A stretch of 64,000 bases of DNA from Eledone cirrhosa (taxonomy: Eukaryota), in the NCBI GenBank assembly GCA_964016885.1, contig OZ024742.1, forward strand, positions 100,378,001-100,442,000. The letters run 5' to 3'. The notes under the pieces were generated by a model. The model saw only the letters and a program-made list of their open reading frames with translations. It was not told the DNA's origin and searched no databases. Shown one piece after another: positions 15,193 through 30,807 of this stretch. Position 1 is the first letter of the stretch, and every line of letters begins with the position of its first letter. The position numbers and the translations under genes were made by a program.

Positions 15193-15238
<46 letters not shown>

Positions 15239-15869
15239 CGTTTGTTGGTTTCCATTTCTTTCGCTAGACGATATTACTCGGAACGGTTGACACGTGGTTA
15301 GGGAGGGTTGGCCGGGATCTGTAGTCGTCGCTGGTTATTGACTGCTAAACAAGGGTTTAATCTTTACTCTATATCCTACCCTGAAAACTTATCGAGACTA
15401 TCTATAATACACTTAAACTTTTTTCATAAAAGACTCTTTCTGTAAATTCTTTAACTAAATCTCACAACGCAAACCTTAAACCTTATTTCATCCGATAACT
15501 CTAAACATAAGTTTAACGTTTCTAATTGTTAACCGAAGTTTCTGTCCACACATTATACCATACAGACGCCCACTATATATGCCTTTGTTAAAGATATGTG
15601 TTCTTTGGAAAAAACATTTTTCGCGGCAATTTCTAGCACCCATAGTCAGCCTGATTGTGGCATGGCCTCAACGCTGACATTTCTCTTTGGCGGAGAGGTA
15701 GTAGCGCATTATAAGCTTACGTCCCCTCACCAGATAGTCATAAGTAGACTTAATAATCAACACTCGAGGGCGGCCGACTGAGGTAGAAGCTGGTAAATAG
15801 TCGGTCGTCCTCTTGTCTCTGATTTTCAGACCCATGAATTTTATGTTATATTCCTTTGTTATATTTTGA

Positions 15870-15927
15870 ATACCTGATGATATCACCGGATTCATACTGA
15901 ACCCCGTCATTGAAATGATCATAGTAT
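15870..15927 (+). ncRNA. Type I hammerhead in insert 15236-15980
   Basis: ATAC CTGATGA T...T GAAA TGATCA TA GTAT, then AATAAA. Confidence 0.85.
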
Positions 15928-15974
15928 AATAAACCTTTCAAGGATTTACACCAGTCCAGCCTCCTGTTATGTTA

Positions 15975-16009
<35 letters not shown>

Positions 16010-16012
<3 letters not shown>

Positions 16013-16155
16013 GCGAGAATCGTATTTCGGTTGGTAGAAAAAGCGAAACGAAACGCAAAATCCTAGAAATGCTGGCGAGCGCTCCAATAGTTAAAAAAAA
16101 CTAGAGCTAAACAATATGTTAAAACCCCATACAAACTGAAAAGTGGTCAAATATA
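16010..16155. mobile_element. TA-flanked repeat fragment; longer inverted copy at 61649-62087
   Basis: Reverse-complement similarity to about 61944-62086. Confidence 0.65.
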
Positions 16156-16162
16156 TATTTTT

Positions 16163-16459
<297 letters not shown>

Positions 16460-16489
16460 CATATATTTTTTTTTATGTGTGTATATATA

Positions 16490-16522
<33 letters not shown>

Positions 16523-16523
16523 A

Positions 16524-16885
16524 GTATTGTTGTCCCAATACAGGCCCTTGTGTTTCTATGACAAAAGAAAAACGATATAGCATACTGATGTCTCACTGTC
16601 ACCAGGGGAAATAAGGAAAGAGGTTTTCAACTGGAAAACACGTCTTAAATACACGTCGTTGAAAATGAATTATTATTATTATTATAAATTTAAAAAATCA
16701 AGGGATATTTACGAGAATTCTAGATATTTCTTTTCTTCAAAACATTTCGTTTTTTTTTAATGGTGTGTGTTTAAGACGCGTTTTCTTGTTGACAGACTCT
16801 TTCCTTATTTCCCCTGGTGACGCATGAGACGACACTCCTGCTTTCTAGTTAGAAACACGTGGCTGCGTATTGAGACTATAATATA
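16524..16885. mobile_element. Diverged MITE with long inverted arms
   Basis: GTCACCAGGGGAAATAAGGAAAGAG (about 16598) pairs with CTCTTTCCTTATTTCCCCTGGTGAC (about 16797). The outer ends are also inverted. Confidence 0.6.
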
Positions 16886-17027
16886 TTATTTGTGTCTTTC
16901 CCCTCCCCTTTCTCTTTCACTTTCCTTTATCTTATGGCTGTATGGTTAAGGATTTCGCTTTCCAGCCATATGGTTTTGAGTTCAGTCCCATTGCATGGCA
17001 CTTTGAATAAATTGTCTTCTACTATTT

Positions 17028-17288
17028 CAGACCTGCCAACTTCTAAGAAACTTGTTAAGGCCTTCATTTTCTACTACACATTCCACACACCCATGCGAAA
17101 TGACGCGAACGATTACAGACCAGCCAACCTCTAAAATCCAAACGGGGTGTACCATGAAAAAAAGTGCTCCAAATGGAGAGAAATGAGGCAAAATGGGGAG
17201 GTTTTACATAATGAAAGCTATACCCATTTTCACAAAATCGGGGTGAAAAGGAGATTCTCTCATCGGTTGGGGAGAATTGATAGGTCTG
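17028..17288. mobile_element. hAT-like MITE nested in a tRNA-derived SINE (about 16934-17530)
   Basis: Termini CAGACCTGCCAA / TTGATAGGTCTG. The TSD is imperfect. Confidence 0.5.
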
Positions 17289-17538
17289 CTACTTACTGAA
17301 TTTGACCAACACCTTGATTGGAATTTGTTTAACGAAAAATGTAGAAGCCTATCGTGTATGTATTGATGTTTACTGTTGGTGTCTTGTAGCTCGCTGATTC
17401 AACAAAGAGATCGATAATATAAGTCCCAGACTGTCGGGGGAAAATATTGTGGTCGATAGGTTCATCTTAATCCATGCAAAGGATGCTCCTGCTTGGCCAC
17501 AGACTAACGAATAAAACCAGCATAAGAGTAAAAAAGAG

Positions 17539-17633
<95 letters not shown>

Positions 17634-18572
17634 GTGTGTGTGTGTGCGTGTGTGGTCTGGTAACTTTGTGAAAAACCTTCTTTAATGTGACGTTGCTAGA
17701 GAATTAAGCATCCGTATTCCAAATGCAGGTCAAAACACTTTTTCAAAAGAAATTCATATCAAGTAGAATAACTTTTCTTTCGTTGCTTTTGCTATATTTT
17801 TTCTTTGAAAGACCTCCACTGGGTGTAAAATCTTATTCAGCAAGTAGAACAGTGAACAAGTGCGATATTCAAGGTCGTAACTCTTTTTTCTTAATCTTCA
17901 GTCTTCCCGGGGGAAAGTGGTAACTTCGAGTCGGAATTATTTAGTTACTCGCTGCTAGATTAATTGCTTAGACAGAGATTAGGAGCCTAGTCAATCCTCT
18001 GTTTTGGTGTTTTAACATTACCTACAAACATGAAAGGTGGTGGATCACTACAATTTATAGAGCGTTGGATAAAAAGCTTTGCGATACATTTTGAGTTCAA
18101 ATCCCACCGAGGGTAACTTTGACTTTCATCTAACCGGGGTCGATAAAATAAAGTACCAATTAAGTACTGAAGCTGATTCAATCAACTTTCTTTTCCCCCA
18201 AATTTGCTGGCCTTGTGCCTAAATTAAAGATCTACATGATCTATAACAATATGCCGTTTTTATATACGTATGAAAAATAAAATTGACCTTGGTGGGATTT
18301 GAACTCAGAGCCAGAACAAATACAAAGGTATTTAAACTGACATTCTGAAGACTGTCAGTTCACCGCATAAATACCTACCAGACCATGGGCGATTGAAGGA
18401 ATGGTTAACATGGTGGATGGGATGCTTTGCTGTATCTGTAACATTGATTCCATATCACCGGAAACGTGGTAACATTTCTGCCATTAGTTGCGACTATTAG
18501 ATAGTATCAGCAATGGAAAGATCAATGAAATCAATTTTTTCTTGGTTCGAACTGACAATTATCTCATTTTGG

Positions 18573-18621
<49 letters not shown>

Positions 18622-18797
18622 ACACACACACACATATATATGTAATCCTCCTGGCTTAGTTCGGATCTGCCGTCGGGGTCCTAACTCTTTTCCTATTACT
18701 CACTCTACTACCCTAAGTATCGAGTACTCTGGTGCGTTATGGTCCACCTGGTATCTTACCACACTTTCTTTGTTTTATATACACACACACACACACA

Positions 18798-18886
<89 letters not shown>

Positions 18887-21800
18887 ATAGAACCAGTTTA
18901 AAACAAATTAGGCCATTACTCAACAGAGTACTCGATACTTGGGATAGTAGAGTGGTATGGCTATATTATAAAGAGTTGGGATTCGACGGTTGAGCTCTTG
19001 CCGTTTCAATAGCTAGTTCCAGTCTATATATAGAGCGCATTAATATTTCAGGGTTAGTGGTTGGGTGTTTTTAAGGTCATGAGTTCGATTCCTGAAGGCG
19101 CCTTGCATCTTTCAAGAGGATATTTTATTTCGAGTTGCTCCATTTCACTCAACTGGGAGAAAAAAATCAATGTTACTTGTATTTCAAAGAGCTGAATCTC
19201 CTTAAGATCTACCTTAAATGTGCACATATTCATGGAATATCTTTAGCCGCTTAGACGTTACTTTAGCGTACAGGCTGCTCCGATTTTCGAGGAATTGGAT
19301 CACTCGTCGTTGGAACCGACGGAAGTCCATTATAACAAACATTTCAAGCCTAGCATTGCCTGTAGAAGCAGCTCGTAGTTGAGCTTGGAAAAGGAATACA
19401 TCAGATTAAATACGTTATGAGGAAAAGGGTGTCCCACTTGGTGTCTTCGGACCTGGAAAGCCTGGGATGAAGTTGGAAGAATAGCACCATCTGTCGTATA
19501 ACGTTCGGTAACAAAGAATCTTTGGAGGTAATGTGTGTGAAGGGGCTATGGGAACTAGTGAAACCGTGACAATACAGACACAATAAACTGCATAGTGACT
19601 GGTTGATAAATAAAATACTAAGGAGTATGGAAATAACAGAAACATGAGAGAAAAACGAAAACTAAACAACATACATATACCCCCACACACACGTGTGGGG
19701 AGGTAAATGCCACTGAGTTTACCTGTGTCTGTTTGTGAGTCTGTCTATGGCTGTGTGTTTGTCTCTATGTGTCTGTGTACCTGTGTGTGCGCGCGCGCAT
19801 GTCTGTGTATGCGCCTGTGTGCATGTGTACGTGTGTATCTGCATGTTTGAGTATGTGTAGAATTTAGAATTTTTAGAATTTCCTATAAAGTTAAAGACGT
19901 CTTTCGTAAAGTCTATTTCAAAATTTAATTGCTAATTCTTCAGAGGGACTATCGTCTCTACCAACAGAATCACTGCTATAAAACACCACCAATATACCCA
20001 CACAACTAATCTATAATGAATACATAGGAAATTTACAGGTAACGCCAAATGTTCGCAGGAATAGAATGTTTATACCCAGATACTAATACTGTATTGACCA
20101 GTCAACACTTAACAATTATTTCAAGCTTCCAATTACGTTGTGAAATACAGTAAAGGCAACGGCTAAGTATTAGATGGAGTAAGAATTGTGAGCTGGGAAA
20201 TTTAATGGATTTTTGGAGGGTTAGATGTGTGGAGTTAATGACTTTTCTACAAGATACCACACAGTGGGATCAAATTCGGGAGCTTTTAACGACGTGAACT
20301 TCCTAACCATACAAATATGTTGTGACCATAACTTATAGTATAAACACGCACTCATATATTGTAGTCAGGTCGATTCCCGGCGGCGTGTTGTGTCCTTCAG
20401 CATGGCACTATATGTTCTGTTACTCCAGTCTACTCTACTGGCAAACCAAAGGATCAGTCTTGTCATATTGTGTCACACTGAATCTCCCCGAGAATTACGT
20501 TAAGTGTGTAGATGTGTGTGCAATGTGGAGCTACATGCAGATAAATTTCCCGAGCAGATGGTCTTGTTGATCGAAAAACAGTAACACTCATCGTCGGAAC
20601 CGGTGGAAATCCAACATACAGTCAAACGAGCCTTTCTTAATGTGACACATTGTTTCGAAGATGTCATTCTCAAAACTAAAATTCAATTGTTCAATTTCTA
20701 ATTGATGTCATGGAAATCTTGAAATATGATTCGTTATCGTTCTGTGTTCTCCTAACTAAATGATACATAGAACCTGCTTCTTAATATAAATTATACGTCC
20801 CTAATGGCTACATATTTAGCTTAATCAACATAACACACTCTCTGCTGGAAGTTCTTGGATTCTCCTGTGGGTATACATATTCCTGTACGTCAATATATAC
20901 AACGATCATGCTATGTAGGGTGAGTTTTTAAATAAACAAATGCAAACGTAAACACATTGAAAGGAAATAAAAAAAAAATTGAGAGTATTAATTTTCTTAA
21001 AAATTTAAACTATTTATCATTATTATCATCGTCATCGTCTGAATTCGAATTCCACTGAGATCAACTTTGCCTTTTATCCTTCCGGGGTCGAATAAAGTAG
21101 CAGTCAAGTACTTCGATTTAATCGACTTTCCTCTCCCATCAAAATTTGCTGTCCTTATGCCTAAACTATAAACCATTATCATCATGATCATTTTCAGCCA
21201 CGACCTGTCCACTGCAAGGCGCTGGCCTTCCCAAGTCGGTGCCAATTCTTCATATCCTACGCCACTCTCATCAGTATAATATCGATAAAGTTATCAATCT
21301 TGTGTTGTCATCAAATGCATGATGTATGCATTATCGACCCGAAAAACTGAAATTTGAAAAGAACTATTAGATGGATTTGAACTCAGAACACTAAGATTAT
21401 TATCTAAACTAAGAAAGCACTACTACTGCCTTGACCTTCTGCACACCATAATAATAATCGACTTACTTAGGTTCCCCGTTGAAAAGCTGTAATTTGAAAA
21501 CACACAAAATAACACACGCATAATTTTGGTCTCTCTCTCTCTCACACACAAACACACATAGCCGTGGCCATACAAACACACAATCGTGGTCATATAAGCA
21601 CTAATACACATACATGTGTGGACATACAAACACACACATATGGGTATGTATAATACTATACATATAATACATTTATATAAACACACGACTCATGTAATCC
21701 CACTCGCACACACATAAAAATATATATATGCACAATAATGTTGTTCATACGATACATAATTATACACACACAACCACTCACATACTCCTGCTGCTGTAAA

Positions 21801-22275
21801 CACACACACACACACACACACTTCCCCAAATACTTTTACAGATATACGAAACCTCGTCCCTAAAAGAACATTTTACTAACTCCATTAGTGCAAAGGTCTC
21901 CGCCCATTCCATTTAACATCGCGATATGTAATCCAGAATTTAGTCGAATATTGGGCTTGAGTAGGGCGGAGTGGCGTGTTATAGTGGTGTTACTGTGGGG
22001 AGGTGTTTGTTGGTGGTGGTGGTGATTGTGTGATTGTGGTGGTATGGTATTCTGGTGAGGTGTTTCTGTGTTGTTGGTGGTATTGTGATAGTGTAGTGGT
22101 TGTGGTGTTGAAGTGAAGTGTTTGTTATTCTAATTGTGGTGGTGGTGGTGGTGGTGGTGGTGGTGGGGTAGTGGTTACCCGTGGCAATTGTAGTGTGGTG
22201 TTTGGGGGGGGAGGTTATGGTTATTCTAGTGGTGATGTTGTTGATGATAGTGATATGGTGTTTTATTGGTTATTC

Positions 22276-22306
<31 letters not shown>

Positions 22307-22815
22307 GGTAGTGGTGTTGGTGGTGTCAGGTAATGTTTGCTTGTTACTCTGCACTTGTAGTAGAGGTGATGATGATGATGCTGGTGTTGATGGTGGCGAA
22401 ATGTTTATCGGTTATTTTAGTTGTGATGATGGTGTGAAAGTAATGGTAATGTTAATATTGCGAATGTTTGCAGTGATAGTGCTATATGGTGAAGAGCTAG
22501 GAATGGATGATGAGAGAATTGGAGAAGAGGGGGAGACTACTAAGTTACTAAAATATAAGATGGTGAAAGAGGAGAGTAGAGGTGAATATGGCGGACAGAA
22601 GACGGCAAAAGAAAGCAAATGAAAAGATAGGTGGGGGAACTAACGAGAAAATAATGGAGAAAATACAAGCCAGAAAAAATAAACATGTAAAAAGGTCAAA
22701 AGTGATGAAACTATACTGTTTGTGTGTGCATATATATATATATATAGTGTAGGTTGTTTAGTGAAATACTGGTGTTGGTACCAAATGAAGCACTCTATGC
22801 ACAGGCAGAGTGTTT

Positions 22816-22941
22816 ATAATAGAAAAGTCACGACGAAGTTTCGTTTACATATAAAAGATATTTATCGTGTAACAGATCGATGCACAATAAATATATTTTA
22901 TATGTAAACGAAACTTCGTTGGGTTTTTTTTCTCTATTATA
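22816..22941. repeat. Fold-back palindrome between TA tracts
   Basis: ACGAAGTTTCGTTTACATATAAAA / TTTTATATGTAAACGAAACTTCGT. Confidence 0.7.
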
Positions 22942-22943
22942 TG

Positions 22944-23003
<60 letters not shown>

Positions 23004-23009
23004 ATATAT

Positions 23010-23067
<58 letters not shown>

Positions 23068-24022
23068 TATACCCTTCCTGACATCAACCCCGTTAATCGC
23101 TTCTTACGACACTCTGCTACAGTGTATATATTCTAAACGGGATACATACTGCTTAATATGTATTTATGTCTGTGTGTGTGTGTCTTTATGCATATATGTG
23201 GCTGTGTATGTATGTATATATGTATGTATATATATATAGTGTGTGTGTGTGTGTGTGTGTCCACACACACATGGTTATTTATATATATACAATAATAAAG
23301 TGGAAAATATACCATTACATGGGAATTATCGTAATAAAATAGACAAACATGACTCCAACATTAGAAATACATATCTCCGATTGACCAGACAGAAATTTAA
23401 GATGAAATGCTCATGTTTTCTATCTGCATACAGTATTAATACGTTCACACCCAAATATTTTTCGACTACACACAAAAAAACAACAACCTAAAATTGTGTT
23501 TAAAAATATGTTTCATGAGAAGGCGGTGCGTGGGTAGAATCGTTGGAATGTCGAATAGAATGGTTTGCAGTATATGCTCCAGCTTTCTGAGTTCAAATTC
23601 AACTGAGGTCTCCTTTGACTTTCATCCTTTCAAGGTCGATAGAAAGTGCAAGTCCAGTACTGAGGTCAATTCCACCCCAACCCCATCTCTCTCTCTCTCC
23701 AAGAAATCGATTGTGTTCAGACCTGGAGAGGGTACGGTCTCCGCTAAATATAAAGTGCCCCAAAACAGAATATCACAACGGTGCCCCTGCATCTCCATCA
23801 AGATTAGCCCGTCCATACACCTATACATCCAAATGTTATGTGTGACACTTGTAGCGAATTTGAAGAATTAGTTAAAATTAACATCCCATAGATCCATAAT
23901 AGACTAATCATTCCGTGTAGCTTGTTACATCTACACCGGAATTATTTAGCCTTATAAAAGGAACACCATTGAAACTTATGTAACGAAATTCCTAAATCCT
24001 GTACAGTAGCTCACAGCTATCG

Positions 24023-24223
24023 TACGAGGGTCGGCTGAAAAGTTCATAGCTGACCAAGATATTCTCATGGAATCAACAAACGAGGTTTATGTTTCATCAT
24101 AGTCTCTGGAAAGAAACAATGCAGTTATTAATAAGAAGAGTTAGAATTAATGCATGCAAGATTTCGCATCTCTAGTATCTCTCCTTCATAGTCAGCTTAT
24201 GAATTTTTCAGCCTCCTCTCGTA
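24023..24223. mobile_element. mariner-type MITE; siblings at 28375-28570 and about 44719-44911
   Basis: TA-CGAGGGTCGGCTGAAAAGTTCAT termini and shared internal sequence. Confidence 0.75.
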
Positions 24224-24455
24224 CACCTATTAGAATGCCTGGTAGGGTATGATGGCCACTAGTGATAACGAATGGATGAGCGGTCGAGCCCTAACAAAAA
24301 AGATCCATCAAACCCATCCTTCCCATTACAATGTATGTATGAGCTGTAACTCCTGGAGAAGTCGTGGAGGCGCCCTATTGACATACAGCGTTTCTTTGGC
24401 CACTTTAAATCTGCCTGAACCTATGTGTCTTCATGTCTGTGATAGAAATGATAAT

Positions 24456-24671
24456 GGTTTCTTATATAGGCACAAGGCCAGTCATTTTGGGCGAGGGGAA
24501 AGTCGATTAAAGCGACACCAGTGCGTGACTGGTACTTTATTTTATCGACTTCATAAGAATGAAAGGCAAAGTTAACCTCGGCGGGATTTTAACTCAGATC
24601 ATAAAGGGCCGTAACTCTATGCCGCAAAGCATGATGTCCGACCCTCTACCGAAACTGCCAATCCACCGCCC
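24456..24671 (-). mobile_element. tRNA-derived SINE with about 20-bp TSD
   Basis: A/B-box-like head (GAGTTAAAATCCC). TSD TCTGTGATAGAAATGATAAT / TCAGTGATAGAAAAGATAAT. Confidence 0.85.
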
Positions 24672-25310
24672 TCAGTGATAGAAAAGATAATGAGAAAGAA
24701 GGATGAGGGAAAAATCGACTGGTACTCCTAAGGAGGAAAGGCAATGTAGACTCCAGTGGGATTTGAACAGGGAGTGTGGAGGGTCTGAACGTATACAGCA
24801 AAGGATTCTATCTAACGTTGTAACCACTCTTCTCATTCACTGCTTTTCGCTAAAATAATAATTCAAGTATTAAATGTGTTTGCATTTATATTTTACTGAT
24901 TGTTTTTCCATGTAAACTGTATTAAACAGCGGTAAATTAGTTATGTTTTGTAATTATAAGTGAATGAAAATTATATTTTATTACATGAAAATTATATTTT
25001 ATTACATAAAATTATATTTTATTACATGAAGTCTATCTATCAAATAAAGGTTTGAGAAGCCTTGCTCTAACTTATTGTGATATTAACATTTTCCTTGAAT
25101 TTTACCGTTTATATATTTGGCACCTTGACATCTAGAAATCAAACGTATGTGTTCTTAGAATTATTAAAAGAGCAGATCTTGTCAGTGAATCAGTGTGATT
25201 GGATTGTCTTATTGAACTTGGCGTCGACTCAGTAGAAAAGTACAAAAATAAAATAAAAAAATATAGGTTTCCCGGATGAACTAGTGGGAAATTGATTCTG
25301 TAGAACCAAT

Positions 25311-25350
<40 letters not shown>

Positions 25351-25458
25351 CTATATGCATTGGTTTATATATATATATATATTTTCATATGTAAATAAAC
25401 ACGCAAGCAGGTATATCATTAACTCCGCGTTATCATTTGGTTGCTGGCATAAATTAAC

Positions 25459-25549
<91 letters not shown>

Positions 25550-26457
25550 CACGAAAACCAATTATATATGCATAATAACCTATTTTCGTACATTTTGTAA
25601 TGAGAATTTTACCATCACTGACATCATAAATGTCTACAACCACCGGCAACACTTACCATCATAACAATCTTTATGATTACCTCTAGCTTCACTCACACCA
25701 TTATCACAACCTTCATCACACCACCCCCACTGCAATTCCAAATTCCAAACATTACCCCCACTACTAGCACCCTTGCAAATAAACTTCCATCACATCACTA
25801 TAACTATCATCATCGACATATTAGAGGGTCGGACGCCATGCTTTGCAGCATAGAGTTACGGCCCTTTACGATCTGAGTTCAAATCCTGCCGAGGTTAAAT
25901 TTGGCTTTCATCCTTACAGGGTCGATAAAATAAAGTACCAGTAATACACTGGGTAATTGCTGGCCTTGTGTGAAAAAGTAGAAACAATTATTTATACCAT
26001 GTAGGGTGGAGCATTTGTTCCGAGTCTTTCACAGTTCAAATCCTCCCGACATCAACTTTGCCTTTCATACTTCTAGGGTCGATAAATAAACACGCAAGTA
26101 GCTATATCATTAACTCTGCGTTAACATTTGGTTTTCTGGCATAAGTTAAACTCTGCCTGTCTGTGTACCCCACAGAAAACAAAATACAGCACCATTTATA
26201 TAGTGGAGTCGATATAATCGATTTTCCCTCCTTCAAAATTGCTGGCCTTGTGTCAATTTAAGAAAGAATTTAGATCCTGTGTTCCAGCAACAGCTAAATA
26301 TTATCTACCTCAGTAATACAATTTTGTGAAACATTATTCTTGCGACTACCATTGCATTCACCTGACTACCATCTCATTCACCACTTCAATGCTACTACAA
26401 CCATCAGCTTCATCACCATCTGATGTATAAAGGCTGACATCGTCGTCAATGCAACTA

Positions 26458-26584
26458 CAGGGTGGCCCAAAAGTCGCGATACATAAAAAAAAATAATTAT
26501 GTTTTATAAGAAACAATTTATTCAAAATAAATAAATATAAAACAATTATTTTGTTTTATGTATCGCAACTTTTGGGCCACCCTG
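26458..26584. mobile_element. Tc1/mariner-type MITE
   Basis: TIR CAGGGTGGCCCAAAAGT on both ends, TA TSD. Confidence 0.85.
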
Positions 26585-27568
26585 TATTATCACTAGAACA
26601 ATCACCATTACAACCAGTAACTACACCATCATCTCATCTCTAAGTCTACACCACTATCAACTGCTACACCATTAAACATCGCAACTATCACCATTTCCAT
26701 AACCGTCTTTTAAACCATACACCACAGCCACAAAATCGAACTTTACCAAATAGAACAACTTCACACCGTTCCTACCTTAAACATCATCAGCCTCCCCGCC
26801 AACACAAACACTAACTACACTAACATCATCAATACCAGCACCATCAAAAACAACACCACCATCACCAAAGATAACACCATGCCCACCACCAACAACACAA
26901 CAAGACAACGATCACCACCACCACCACCACCAATAACAACAACAACAACAACAACAACAACAAATATGGAAAAATCTATGAAATTAAAGACCACTGGAAA
27001 ATCTAATATTTTGCCAAGAAATTCGACGAGGAAGATGGAGATGAATAAGAAACCTCCCAGACCGAACCAATGCACAAAAAATGGCAACCTACCATATTGG
27101 TATCAGATAAGTGTGGGTCTTGGAATAAACTCATTATGGAGTTGCGTCATTTCCGATACATTGGTATTCTGTTATGTCTGCATAAGTGCATCTTACATCT
27201 GTAGGTCGACGGCTATGGAAATAGTTCATTTCCTTCTTGGTGTATTTTCTTTTATTCTTTTTTTAGCTTCAATGATTAGATTGCGGCCATGCTGTGGCAC
27301 CCTCTTGAAGAGATTTAGTCTATTATATCGACCTCTGTAATATTTTTTCTCCCAGTATGGGATCTACTTAAATGATCTCTCTTTTTCAAAGCCCTAGGTT
27401 ACGGGATACAAACACACAAATGTATGTATGTATATATGTATATATGTATGTATGTATGTATGTATGAATGTGTATGTGTATGTGTATGCATATGTATGTA
27501 TGTATGTGTGTATATATGTATGTATATGTATGCACATGAATATACACATGTATATGAACATATGTGTG

Positions 27569-27615
<47 letters not shown>

Positions 27616-27682
27616 ATGTGTATGTATGTATATATGTGCACATGTGTGTATATATTTATATGTGTATATGTGTAGATATATT

Positions 27683-27782
<100 letters not shown>

Positions 27783-27796
27783 ATAGTTTTATAAGA

Positions 27797-28060
27797 CTTA
27801 TTGATGGAGTGTCAATGGTCCTGGAACTTTTCGAACATTGCGATACTGAGATCACATGGTGGGAAAGATATCTCCAAGTCTTTCTTCTGAACCAGTTCAA
27901 GAATGTGATGGCAGCAAGCCAGCCACAAGAGGAATTGTTTCAGAGCTGCCATGGTGTTACTGGTGGTGGTCTCAAATGATATACCAATACCTTTATCCTC
28001 AATTTTGAGTCTTTGAATTTCCTTGAAAACAACTTCAGCAACTTTTTCGGTTCCATCTCT
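27797..28060 (-). pseudogene. hAT-superfamily (hATm-like) transposase fragment
   Basis: Translation GISFETTTSNT...LLWLACCHHILELV...IAMFEKFQDH* matches the FDTTASNTG / LACRHH motif. Confidence 0.65.
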
Positions 28061-29597
28061 TGCTCCTCCTTCCCTTTTCCTGTAACTAAAACTGAAATCT
28101 GATCTTCGGGAAACCGATAGTCATAAATTTCCGTCCCAGTGGAGGACTAGCCAGGATCTGTTTTCTTTACTATAGTCCCTGCCATCATTAGAAATCGTGA
28201 CCTACCTAATCACACAATAAACACCACCTGTTTCCTTTGTGTGAAGAATCTCCGTAGCAGGTGTTCCATCAACGGAATAGCTTGCTCTTAAAATTAACGA
28301 ACCAGTGGCTGGACATTCTACAGACGTGTATACCCTTAACCTTAATTTTCAAGGAGATTCTGCGTGACGCTCAGTACGAGGGTCGCCTGAAAATAAGCTA
28401 ACTAAGATACTCTCATGGAATGACCAAATAAGGTTTATTTTTTTAAATAGCCTTGGAAAGAAACATTTCAGTTATTAATCAGAAGAGTTGAAATTAATGC
28501 ATGCAAGATTTCACAGCTTTAACATCACTTCTTCATAGTCAGTGTATGAAAATTTCAGCCCATCTTCGTATGACACAGCTGTCCCTTTAAATTAGATATG
28601 CAGTCCATCCGACAAACTTTCAGTTAACGTGTATCCAATTTCAGTTACAAGTTTATCTGAGTCTATAGTAAATGATACATTCTCAAGATGCTACTTAGAG
28701 GAATCGAACCTGAGACCTCATTATTAAATCTCTTAACCATTCGGTCATATTGCGTTCACAGCTGTTTTTATTATTATTATTGATATTAACCCTATTCCGT
28801 TGTTTAACTCAGAAATTACAACTTTCCTATGGATTAACAATTAATTAGGGCTTTCTGCTTCCAATGTCATTTCCGTTTTTTAGGCTTATCACATGTTTAC
28901 ATTCTGACTAAGTCCACCCCATCCAACGCATCCGATTCTCTTTTTAATTACAGACACGAAAATAAGTTATCTTTTATGTTTTATGCTTTGTCATTATTTT
29001 TATCACTCTTTCAGACTCTCCCATAATTTTCGCCACTATTTCCACCTAACCCATAACCTCGACCATCTATTTACTTATTAGTAATTATAGTCAACCCTAT
29101 ATTACAGATGATAATTAGCAACTAATTGTTGGAATAAGAACCTCCACTCCTTCTCTTCTAAATATGGACATGTAATAAATGGGTTCTAATTAAAAACAGG
29201 ATGAACAAGTTGACATGTTATCATGTATCATCATTGCTATTGTTGTTGTTGTTGTTGTTAGTAGTAGTAGTAGTAGTAGTATGTTATTATTCGGATAGTA
29301 TTATTACTGCCAACGATTTTATGTTATTTTTAGAGGACATTACAGTGACAGATTACAAAACGCATGTGGGGCTGGGAATCGGATGCGTTGGTTGAGGTGG
29401 ACTTAGTCAGAATGTAAACATGCGATAAATCTAAAAAATATGAGTTAATGCCGAAATATAAAGTAATGTTATATATATATATGAAATATGTTAATGTCCC
29501 AAAAAGAAGACCTCTACCTAGGTATATACAATCAAGGAACTCCATATACAGATCCAAAATTATCTCAAAACGGCATGCTATTGACTGTTGTGCTAAA

Positions 29598-29903
29598 GAC
29601 TCCCTTCAGTCACGAATGACCATGGATTTACAACTAGAATGTTCCTCTTCGAGGCATAAATCTGAGCAAGGTTGTTGAAAGACCAGCAGTCGTAAATACA
29701 TACCATTTCCCCTCTCCACGCCGATGTTGTCCAAGAGGAATGCAATGGCTAATACAACTTGGCACCAATGAAATTGTAACTCATTTCTACTGAAACAACG
29801 TGAAATAAAGTGTCTTGGTCAAGTACACAATGCATCGCCGGTCCGGGAATCGAACTCACAACTTCCCGATTGCAAGCCCAGCGCTGTAACCAGTATGCCA
29901 TGC
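29598..29903 (-). mobile_element. Second tRNA-derived SINE family; plus-strand copy at about 46085-46380
   Basis: GAGTTCGATTCCCGG B box and shared body sequence. Confidence 0.7.
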
Positions 29904-30703
29904 ACGATAAAGGTGTGACAACCACATTATCTAACCAACCCACGTACTTTCACAGTAAATTTACTTTGTGAAAGTACGTGGGTTGGTAGCTAGCGTGTTC
30001 GACACACAGTCGTAACATCGTGAGTTCGATTCTCGACACTATATTTTGCGTTGTTCCAGTCCACACAGCTGGAAAAATGTGTTTACGATTCACAGTGGAT
30101 TCACAGTGGATCTCCCTGGGAACTACGTTAAAGAAAGGTGTGCTGGCCTGCGGAATGCTTAGCCTCTTGCACGTTAATTTCACAAATATGCTGTTCCGTT
30201 GTTAGAACAATTGAAACACTCATGGCTGGAGCCGATGGAGGTACCACAACACCAATTTTCTTAATACCAGACCTCCCGAAACAGCTTCTAATTTTATGGC
30301 ACAGTTAATTCAAAGGGTTTATATTCATGTAAAAATCTTCCATCGTAATTTTACGGAAAAATTTGTAAGTTAAGCTCCAAACACCAGCTAAATGAGAAAG
30401 TTAAATTCTTGAATATTAATAAAACTATTTGAAAATAATGAGTAGTGTCTTTCATTAGAAATATGACCTAGGTGAAAGGACCTCGTCTTAGCATAGAGCT
30501 GTGTTCTGGAGAGTAACATTTGGCATAGGGCTCTTGCCCTCAGTAATTTTAATCGTGTTCTATGGTGTTCTCTAACTGACCCAAAGTCATTATATTTGGG
30601 ACATTCATTCCATTTTATGTTATCAGTTGTGGATTGTGGGGAGAATTTGCTGGGCTGTCGTCAGGTGTCCATGACACACACATACATACATACATACATA
30701 CAT

Positions 30704-30742
<39 letters not shown>

Positions 30743-30807
30743 CATACATACATACATACATACATACATACATACATACATACATACATACATACATACA
30801 TACATAC

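Noticed and set aside
21896-21971. Opposed GC boxes (CCGCCC / GGGCGG) as a promoter
   Set aside because: No adjacent exon, CpG island or other support.
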